Assembly (NCBI RefSeq): GCF_044704955.1 | Contig: NC_091994.1 | Coordinates: 95,728,001-95,792,000 of the forward strand | DNA from: Pristiophorus japonicus | Taxonomy: Eukaryota | Direction: 5' to 3' | Length of the DNA stretch: 64,000 bases | In this document: positions 55,065-64,000 of the stretch, in pieces | How positions within the stretch are numbered: the first letter of the stretch is position 1 | Layout: each line of letters opens with the position of its first letter | Notes under the pieces: generated by a model | Told to the model about the DNA's origin: nothing | Seen by the model: the letters and a program-made list of their open reading frames with translations, nothing else | The model's database searches: none | Translations under genes and position numbers: made by a program

Positions 55065-55565
55065 GAATTACACTGTATTTACAGCACAGAAACAGGTCAT
55101 TCACGCAGCTGGTCCGTGCCGGTGTTCATGCTCCTCACCAGCCTCCTCCTACCCCTCTTCATCTCACCCTACCACCATATCCTCCTATTCCTTTCTCCCT
55201 CATGTGTTTATCTAGCTTCCCCTTAAAATGCATCTATGCTATTCACCTCAACCAAGTTCCACATTCTAACCACTCTCTGGGTAAAAATGTTTTTCCTGAA
55301 TTTTTTATTCGATTTATTACTGACTATCTTATATTTATGGCCCCTAGATTTAGACTCCCTGTCAAGTGGAAACATCTCCACGTTTACTCGATCAAACCCT
55401 TTCATAATCGTAAAGACCTCAATCAGATCATCTCTCACTCTTCTCTTTTCTATTCTGTTCAATCCTTCCTGATTGTTATACCCTCTCAGTTCTAGTATCA
55501 TTCTTCTACATTTTTATTTGCTTCTTCTTCAGTGCCTCTATATCCTTTTTCTAATATGGAAACCA
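55065..55565 (-). mobile_element. Older CR1 3' fragment
   Basis: MKGFDRVN..SRGHKYKIV..FTQRVVRMWN. Confidence 0.75.
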
Positions 55566-55704
55566 CTGGAACTGTTCAAGTGTGGCTACACGGTATTCTA
55601 AATCTGCATGCATTCTCCCATCCTCGAGACCCATTACAAGTGAAGTCTACACGTGGTCTTGACTCCCTGTGTGCACCTCCATGGGAGATTGATTACTTTA
55701 AAAT

Positions 55705-56356
55705 AAAACAGAAAACAGAGAGTCAGGATAAATGGTTCATTCTCAGGTTGGCAATCAGTAACTAGTGGGTGCCGCAGGGATCAGTGCTGGGAGCCCAACT
55801 ATTTACAATCTATATTAACGACTTGGAGGAAGGGACTGAGTGTAACGTAGCCAAGTTTGCTGATGATACAAAGATGGGAGGAAAAGCAATGTGTGAGGAG
55901 GACACAATAAATCTGCATAAGGACATAGACAGGCTAAGTGAGTGGGCAAAAATTTGGCAGATGGAGTATAATGTTGGAAAGTGTGAGGTCATGCACTTTG
56001 ACAGAAAAAAAATCAAAGAGCAAGTTATTATTTAAATAGAGAAAGATTGTAAAGTGCTGCAGTACAGCAGGACCTGGGGGTACTTGTGCATGAAACACAA
56101 AAGGCTAGTATGCAGGTACAGCAAGTGATCAGGAAGGCCAATGGAATCTTGGCCTTTGTTGCAAAGGGGACGGAGTATAAAAGCAGGGAAGTCTTGCTAC
56201 AGTTATACAGGGTATTGGTGAGGCCACACCTGGAATAATGCGTGCAGTTTTGGTTTCCATATTTACGAAAGGATATACTTGCTTTGGAGGCAGGCAGTTT
56301 ACTAGGTTGATTCCGGAGATGAGGGGTTGACCTATGAGGAAAGGTTGAGTAGGTTG
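55705..56356 (+). mobile_element. CR1 fragment split by the Gypsy insertion (continues 60918-61320)
   Basis: PQGSVLG, KFADDTKM; reads YEERLSRL|Gypsy|GLYSLEFRR across the insertion. Confidence 0.88.
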
Positions 56357-56567
56357 TATTGTGTTCCTAACACAGATGAGACTGCACACAGGGAGGTTAA
56401 AGTAACAGTGACCTCAGTCTTTAATAAGACACTTCAGAGTGAGGAACAGGCCTTAGGGGTCGGCTTATATACCGTGCTCCCAAGGGATGCTGGGATTCCT
56501 TGGGACTTCAGGGGATGAGCTCCCTGGTGGCGGAACATGGGAGTGCATGTTTTACAGATACACAACA
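56357..56567 (-). repeat. 3' LTR of the Gypsy element
   Basis: tattgtg...cacaaca on plus; 9 mismatches in 211 bp versus the other LTR. Confidence 0.93.
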
Positions 56568-59500
56568 TCACTACCCCACAAAGTCAAAGTGAAAACTATT
56601 TACAAGGCGAGGCAGTTGGAAGCCTTTCTTTCCCTGGTGGACCGCCTCGGTACAAATGTCTGTTCTGGTGTGTCGGCTGTGCCCTCGCTGGGCTGGCATG
56701 TTGTTGGCCCTGAAGGGCTGCTGGGTGAGCCTGGCCTTGCTGGGCTGTTGGGCGTGATGGGTTCGATTTCCTGGTCCGGCGTGGTGTCGTTGATCCTTTG
56801 GGTGTGTGTTGTGGGCTCGAAAAAGGTGGTGTCTGCTGTGGGTTGTTCAGGGCAGTCTGTGAACCGCAGCCTCGTTTGGTCCAGGTGCTTTCTGCAAATT
56901 TGTCCATTGTCTAGTTTGACTACAAACACCCAACTCCCTTCTTTAGCTATCACCGTGCCCGTGATCCACTTGGGACCATGTCCATAGTTTAGCACATACA
57001 CAGGGTCATTCAGATCAATTTCCCGTGACACAGTGGCGCGACCATCATTTACATTTTGTTGATGCCGCCTGCTCTCTACCTGATCATGGAGGTTGGGGTG
57101 AACCAGCGAGAGTCTGGTTTTAAGTCCTTTTCATGAGTAGCTCCGCCGGGGGCACCCCTGTGAGTGAGTGGGGTCTCGTGCGGTAGCTGAGCAGTACTCG
57201 GGACTGCGGGTTTGGAGTGAGCCTTCTGTGACTCGTTTAAGGCTCTGTTTGATTGTTTGTACTGCCCGCTCTGACTGCCCATTGGAGGCTGGTTTAAACA
57301 GGGCCGAGGTGACATGTTTGATCCCATTGCGGGTCATGAATTCTTTAAATTTGGCACTGGTGAAACATGGCCCGTTGTCACTGATCAGTATGTCAGGCAG
57401 GCCGTGGGTGGCAAACATGGCCCTCAGACTTTCAATGGTGGTGGTGGCGGTGCTTCCCGACATTATTTCACATTCAATCCATTTTAAAAAAGCACCCACC
57501 ACCACCAGGAACATTTTACCGAGAAATGGGCCCGCATAGTCGACATGGATCCTCGACCATGGTCTGGAGGGCCAGGACCACAAACTTAGTGGTGCCTCTC
57601 TGGGCGCGTTGCTCAACTGAGCACACACACTGCATTGTCGTACACAGGACTCGAAGTCACAGTCGGTACCGGGCCACCACACATGGGATCTGGCTATCGC
57701 TTTCATCATTACTACACCCGGATATGTGCTGTGGAGATCCAAGATGAACGTTTCCCTGCCCTTTTTTGGTAGCACTACGCGGTTACCCCACAACAGGCAG
57801 TCTGCCTGAATGGACAGCTCGTCCTCTCGCCGCTGGAACGGCTTGATTGGCTATTGCATTTCAACGGGGATGCTGGCCCAGCTCCCATGCAGTACACAGT
57901 TTTTTACTCGGGACAGCACAGGATCTTGGCTGGTCCAAGTCCTAATCTGGCGGGCAGTGACAGGTGACTTATAATTTTCAAACGCTTCCATGACCATCAA
58001 CAAGTCTGCGGGCTGCGCCACCATCAACAAGTTTGCAGGCTGCACCATTTCCACCCCCGTGGTGGGCAATGGTAGCCGACTGAGAGCATCCGCACAGTTC
58101 TCGGTGCCTGGCCTGTGGCGGATGGTATAGTTATACACTGATAGCGCGAGTGCCCACCTTTGCATGTGGGCTGAGGCATTAGTATTTATCCCCTTGTTTT
58201 CAACGAACAGGGATATGAGGGGCTTACGATCGGTTTCCAGCTCAAATTTGAGGCCAAACAGGTACTGATGCATTTTCTTTACCCCGAACACACACGCTAA
58301 TGCCTCTTTCTCAATCATGCTGTAGGCCCTCTCGGCCTTAAACAAGCACCTAGAAGCATAGGCGACAGGTTGCAACTTCCCCGCAATGTTAGCTTGTTGT
58401 AATACACACCCGACTCCGTACGACAACGCATCACATGCTAGCACAAGTCTTTTACACGGGTTATACAATACAAGCAGCTTGTTGGAGCATAAAATGTTTC
58501 TGGCTTTCTCAAAAGCAATTACTTGTTTTTTTTCCCCATACCCAGTTGTCACCTTTACACAATAATAAATGTAAGGGCTCTAAGAGAGTGCTTAACCCCA
58601 GTAGGAAGTTACCAAAATAGTTAAGGAGTCCTAGGAACGACCGCAGCTCCGTGACGTTCTGTGGCCTGGGCGCGTTCCTGATAGCCTCTGTCTTGGCGTC
58701 TGTGGGCCGAAAGCCGTCCACCGTGATCTTTCTCCCCAAAAACTCCACTTCTGTTGCAATGAAGACGCATTTCGACCTCTTCAGCCGCAGCCCTATGCGA
58801 TCCATTCACTGGAGGACCGCCTCCAGGTTTTGTAGGTGCTCGACGGTGTCCCGACCCATGACCAATATGTCGTCCTGAAAGACCACCTTGTGTGGTACCG
58901 ACTTGAGTAGGCTCTCCATGTTTCTCTGGAAGATCGCTGCAGCTGACCGAATTCCAAACGGGCATCTGTTGTAGATGAACAGTCCCTTGTGCGTGTTGAT
59001 GCAGGTGAGGCCCTTCGGAGACTCCTCCAGCTCCTACGTCATGTAGGCCGAAGTCAGGTCGAGCTTGGTGAACGTCTTGCCACCTGCCAGCATCGCAAAT
59101 AGGTCGTCTGCCTTAGGTAGCGGGTATTGGTCCTGTAGTGAGAAACGACTAATAGTTACTTTATAATCGCCGCAAATCTTGACCGTGCCAGCACTTTTGA
59201 GTACTGGAACAATCGGGCTGGCCCACTCGCTGAATTCCACTGGGGAGGTGATGCCCTCACGTTGCAGCCTGTCCAGCTCGATTTCCACTCTCTCCCTCAT
59301 CATGTGAGGTACCGCCTTGTGGTGAATGGGTCGTGCCTCTGGGACCAAGTGGATCCACACCTTCGCCTACTGGAAAAGTTTCCAATGCCTGGCTCAAAAA
59401 GGGAAGGAAATTTGTTAAGAACCTGGGTACATGAGGCCTCATCGACATGTGATAGCGCTCGGATGTCATCCCAGTTCCAGCGGATTTTGTCCAGCCAGCT

Positions 59501-60042
59501 CCTTCCAAGCAGTGTGGGGCCATCGCCTGGGACAATCCAGAGTGGCAGTTCGTGCACCGTGCCCTCGTAGGTGACCTTGACCATGGCGCTGCCCAGGACA
59601 GAGATGAGCTCTTTGGTGTACGTTCTCAGTTTCATGTGGAAGGGGCTCAGGGCTGGTCTGAATGCCTTGCTGCACCACAGCCTCTCAAACATCTTTTTAC
59701 TCATGATGGATTGGCTAGCGCCAATGTCCAGTTCTATGGCTACAGGTAAGCCTTTCAATTTTACGTTTAGCATTATAGGTGGACATTTCGTCGAAAATGT
59801 GTGCACCCCGTGTACTTCAGCATCTGCCTCCTCTGAGGCTCGAAATTGCTTTGATCCACCATGGATCGAACTTCCTCTGTGATGTGGTGGTTAGCAGGTT
59901 TTGCAGAGCTTGCCGCTCGTTTGGTGGACATATCGCAATGGCCTTACTGAGGGTCGGTGTCTCTACAGTCAAAAGTTTTCGTAGGATGGTCTCGTGGCCA
60001 ATGCCCAGTACAAAAAAGTCTCTGAGCATTTGCTCCAGGTAG

Positions 60043-60285
60043 GAGGTGGGTGGGGTGGCTTGACCCATCCACCTCCACGGAGGTGTGTGGGGGACCTGAC
60101 CCATCCACCTCCATGGCACGAACCTGGTATTGCAGTACTTCCAGGAACGGTGCAGTGGCTCTAGGCCTTTTGGCTAAGAGCATTGGCGCAGAGTGATCCT
60201 TGATGTGTGCAAGGTGACCTCTGGCGTTTGTGATTTGACAAAGAATTGGAACGATTGGCTACGAATTAAAAAAAAAAAAAAAAAA
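60043..60285 (+). mobile_element. Poly(A)-tailed retroposon with rearranged U2 snRNA-derived modules, inserted in Gypsy gag
   Basis: TSD ATTTGCTCCAGGTAG (60028-60042 and 60286-60300); A-tail 60268-60285; 60122-60154 matches the U2 3' end and 60164-60179 matches the U2 5' stem; gag reads GYLEQ|insert|YLEQMLRDFF across it. Confidence 0.88.
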
Positions 60286-60706
60286 ATTTGCTCCAGGTAG
60301 CCATCAAACTCACATTGTCCTGCAAGTCGCCTTAGCTCGGCAACGTAGCTCGGCACTTCCTGACCTTCAGATCGCTGGCACGTGTAGAACCGATACCTCA
60401 CCATCAGCACACTCTCCTTTGGGTTAAGATGCTCCGGAACCAGTGTACACAGCTCCTCATACGACTTATCTGTGAGTTTCACCGAAGCCAGAAGATTCTT
60501 CATGAGGCTGTAGGTCGGTGTCTCGCAGACTGTGAGGAGGACCGCTCTCCTTTTTGCAGCGCTTCCTTCTCCATCCAGCTCATTGGCTACAAAGTACTGG
60601 TCTACCTGTTCGACATAGGCTTCCCAGTCCTCACCCTCCGAGAACTTCTCCAGGATGCCCACAGTTTGCTGCATCTTTACGTTGGATTCGTATTCTCGTC
60701 GGCAGT

Positions 60707-60917
60707 TATTGTGTTCCTAACACAGATGAGGCTGCACACAGGGAGGTTAAAGTAACAGTGACTTCAGTCTTTAATAAGACACTCCAGAGTGAGGAACAGG
60801 CCTTCGGGGTCGGCTTATATACAGTGCTCCCAAGGGATGCTGGGATCCCTTGGGACTTCAGGGGATGAGCTCTATGGTGGCGGAACATGGGAGTGCATGC
60901 TTTACAGATACACAACA
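60707..60917 (-). repeat. 5' LTR of the Gypsy element
   Basis: Direct repeat of 56357-56567, adjacent to the PBS and the gag start. Confidence 0.93.
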
Positions 60918-61652
60918 GGTTGGGTCTCTACTCATTGGAATTCAGAAGATTGAGAGGGGATCTTATCGAAACGTATAAGATTATGAGGGGGCTTGACATG
61001 GTGGATGCAGGAAGACTGTTTCCAATGATGGGGGACACTAGAACTAGGGGGCATAATCTTAGAATAAGGGGCCGCCCATTTAAAACTGAGATGAGGAAAA
61101 ACGTATTTTCTCAGAGGATTGTAAATCTGTAGAATTCGCTGCCTCAGAGAGCTGTGGAAGCTGGGACATTGAATACATTTAAGACGGAGATAGACCGTTT
61201 CTTAACCGATAAGGGAATAAGGGGTTATGGGGAGTGGGCAGGGAAGTGGACCTGAGTCCATGATCAGATCAGCCAAGATCGTATGGCCTACTCCTGCTCC
61301 TATTTCTTATGTTCTTATGTAGACTCGCCCAGTGACTTAGCAAATAAATATATTACCAGCTGAGGTACTGAGCCATACAGATCAGGAAGGCGCTGGGGCA
61401 ACACCAGTCTGTAGTTATATCTGATCTTAGCCAGAGTGGTGGGATAGGTGTCCCTGGGCTTGCCAAAGCTCCCACTCCTGTCATTGACCCCTGCTGGAAA
61501 GCATGTGTGTGGACTGTTGGGTGATAATTTGGTGAGGGTTGTTAGTGATGCCCCCATGAAAAGAAAGAAAGCCTTGGATTTATATAGTGCCTTTCATGAC
61601 CACTGGATGTCTCAAAGCCAGTTAAGTACTTTTGGAGTGTAGTCACTGTTGT

Positions 61653-63399
61653 CATCAACATAGGCAGTCCCTCGGAATCGAGTTCTGAAGTGAGTTCTTT
61701 GGTGGTTGAACAGTCCAATAAGAGAACCACAGTCTCTGTCACAGGTGGGACAGATAGTCGTTGAGGGAAGGGGTGGGTGGGACTGGTTTGCCGCACGCTC
61801 TTTCCGCTGTCTGCGCTTGATTTCTGCATGCTCTCGGTGTTGAGACTCGAGGTGCTCAGCGCCCTCGCGGATGCACTTCCTCCACTTAAGGCGATCTTGG
61901 ACCAGGGACTCCCAGGTGAGAGTGGGGATGTCGCACTTTATCAGAGAGGCTTTGAGGGTGTCCTTGTAGGGTTTCTGCTGCCCACCTTTGGCTTGTTTAC
62001 CATGAAGGAGCTCCCAATAGAGCACTTGCTTTGGGAGTTTCGTGTCTGGCATGCGAACTATGTGGCCTGCCCAGCGGAGCTGATCCAGTGTGGTCAGTGC
62101 TTCAATGCTGGGGATGTTAGCCTGAATGAGGACACTGATGTTGGTGCGCCTGTCCTCCCAGGGGATTTGTAGGATCTTGCAGATACATCGTTGGTGATAT
62201 TTCTCCAGCAACTTGAGGTGTCTACTGTACATGGTCCATGTCTCTGAGCCATACAGAAGGGCAGGTATTACTACAGCCCTGTAGACCATGAGTTTGGTGG
62301 CAGTTTTGAGGGCCGGGTCTTCAAACACTCTTTTCCTCAGTCGGCCGAAGGCTGCACTGGCGCACTGGAGGCGGTGTTGGATCTCGTTGTCGATGCCTGA
62401 TCTTGTTGATAGGAGGCTCCCGAGATAGGGGAAGTGGTCCACGGTGTCGATCTTGATGACTGGGGGGCAGTGCTGTGCGGTGAGGACAGGCTGGTGGAGG
62501 ACCTTTGTCTTACGGATGTTTAGCGTAAGACCCATACTTTCGTACGCCTCAGTAAATACGTCGACTATGTCCTGGAGTTCAGCCTCTGTATATGCGCAGA
62601 CGCAGGCGTCGTCCGTCTACTGTAGTTCGACGACAGAGGTTGGGGTGGTCTTGGATCTGGGCTGGAGACGGCGAAGGTTGAACAGGTTCCCACTGGTTCT
62701 GTAGTTTAGTTCCACTCCAGCGGGGAGCTTGTTGACTGTGAGGTGGAGCATGGCGGCGAGAAAGATTGAGAAGAGGGTTGGGGCGATGATGCAGCCCTGT
62801 TTCACCCCGGTCCAGACGTGGAGTGTGTCCGTTGGTAAGGATCACGGCCTGCATGTCGTTGTGGAGCAGGCGGAAGATGGTGACGAACTTTTGGGGGCAT
62901 CAGAAACGGAGGAGGACGCTCCATAGACCCTCGCGGTTGACATTGTCAAAGGCCTTTGTAAGGTCGAAGAAGGCCATGTATAACGGCTGGTGCTGTTCCC
63001 TACATTCTTCCTGTAGCTGTCGCGCTGCAAAAATCATGTCTGTTGTGCCCTGATGGGGACGAAATCCTCACTGTGACTCCGGGAGGAGCTCCTCGGCCAT
63101 GGGAAGAAGTCGGTTGAGGAGGACTCTAGCGACGACTTTCCCAGTGGCTGATAGCAGGGAGATTCCTCTGTAGTTGCCGCAGTCAGACTTGTCCCCTTTT
63201 TTGAAGATGGTCACGATTACTGCATCTCTGAGATCCCCCGCATGCTCTCCTCCCTCCAGATGAGAGAGATGAGGCCGTGTATTCGCGCCAGCAGTGCCTC
63301 TCCACCTTACTTCAATGCCTCAGCAGGGATTCCGTCCGCACCCGTAGCCTTGTTGTTTTTAAGCTGTTTTATGGCTTTTTCTACCTCGTGCAGTGTTAC
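61653..63399 (-). mobile_element. RTE-clade (BovB-like) LINE, 5'-truncated
   Basis: RT remnants (KQGCIIAPTLFSIF, FPYLGSLLS, LLYGSETWT, QLRWAGHIVRM, C-terminal CPTCDRDC..H); short (ATG/TTG)n-type tail; TSD TCACTGTTGT (61643-61652 and 63400-63409) within a SINE tail. Confidence 0.9.
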
Positions 63400-63459
63400 T
63401 CACTGTTGTAATGTAGGAAACGCAGCAGCCAATTTGCACAAAAGCAAGCTCTCACAAAC

Positions 63460-63754
63460 CCATCATCATCATAGGCAGTCCCTTGGAACCGAGGAAGACT
63501 TGCTTCCACTCGTAGAATGAGTCCTTAGGTGGCTGAACAGTCCAATACGAGAGCCACAGTCCCTGCCACAGATGGGGCAGGCAGTCATTGAAGGTAAGGG
63601 AGGGTGGGACAGATTTGCCGCACATTCCTTCCGCTGCCTGCACTTGTTTTCTGCATGCACTCGGCAATGAGACTCGAGGTGCTCAGCGCCCTCCTGCATG
63701 CACTTCCTCCACTCAGGGTGGTCTTTGGCCAGGGACTCCCAGGTGTCGGTGGGG
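63460..63754 (-). mobile_element. RTE LINE 3' fragment
   Basis: (ATG)n tail; CPICGRDCGSRIGLFSHLRTH C-terminus, homologous to ~61653-61930. Confidence 0.85.
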
Positions 63755-63758
63755 TGCT

Positions 63759-64000
63759 GCGACTGGATCGCGTAGGGCTGCGGCTGAAGAGGTCGAAATG
63801 CGTCTTCATGGCAACAGAAGTGGAGTTTTTGGGGAGAAAGATCGCGGCGGACGGCATTCGGCCCACAGACGCCAAGACAGAGGCTATCAGGAACGCGCCC
63901 AGGCCACAGAACATCACGGAGCTGCGGTCGTTCCTGGGACTCCTCAACTATTTTGGTAACTTCCTACCAGGGTTAAGCACCCTCTTAGAGCTCCTACATG
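63759..64000 (+). mobile_element. Gypsy pol (RT to RNase H linker) fragment, same family as 56357-60917, running off the window
   Basis: LDRVGLRLKRSKCVFMATEVEFLGRKIAADGIRPTDAKTEAIRNAPRPQNITELRSFLGLLNYFGNF; nearly the reverse complement of ~58570-58810. Confidence 0.88.

Larger units (their letters stand above)
56357..60917 (-). mobile_element. Full-length degenerate Ty3/Gypsy LTR retrotransposon
   Basis: Two 211-bp LTRs; 5-bp TSD GGTTG (56352-56356 and 60918-60922); PBS-like TGCCGACGAG next to the 5' LTR; purine tract next to the 3' LTR; gag, protease (LDIGAS), RT, RNase H (LACDA..GVG.VL) and integrase (WSRIHVDYAGP, SDNGPCF) in Gypsy order, broken by stops and frameshifts. Confidence 0.95.

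Noticed and set aside
60043-60285. Functional U2 snRNA gene or simple U2 pseudogene
   Set aside because: Modules are out of order and duplicated, the branch-point pairing region and Sm site are missing, and it has a non-U2 tail, poly(A) and TSD.

Overview
Vertebrate nuclear DNA. The repeat content (CR1, L2, Deu-domain SINEs, RTE, Tx1, Penelope, Gypsy) points to a cartilaginous fish; that assignment is inference. Two spliced genes lie on the minus strand. One is the complete four-exon ribosomal protein gene RPL22 (39316-51902, 126 aa) with a 5'TOP tract and a CCAAT/NRF1/YY1 promoter. The other is the 5' end of a Mi-2 type chromatin remodeller, most likely CHD5 by RPL22 synteny (coding exons 32532-32592, 9197-9339, 2215-2333), which continues off the left edge. 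A possible non-coding first exon of the next plus-strand gene lies near 54.1 kb. Almost all long ORFs in the track are transposon fragments or repeat artefacts. The most unusual item is a 243-bp poly(A)-tailed retroposon with a 15-bp target-site duplication inside the gag gene of a full-length Gypsy element (60043-60285). It is built from U2 snRNA modules in rearranged order (stem-loop III-like x2, stem-loop IV, then the U2 5' stem) plus a non-U2 hairpin and tail, so it is a candidate snRNA-derived mobile element. Also notable: a ~69-copy 33-bp G-rich minisatellite in RPL22 intron 2, an apparently missing or degenerate CHD5 exon 3, a likely gene-conversion tract between two CR1 copies, and TG..TA LTR termini. 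All alignments were done by eye; TE boundaries without a stated TSD are approximate.
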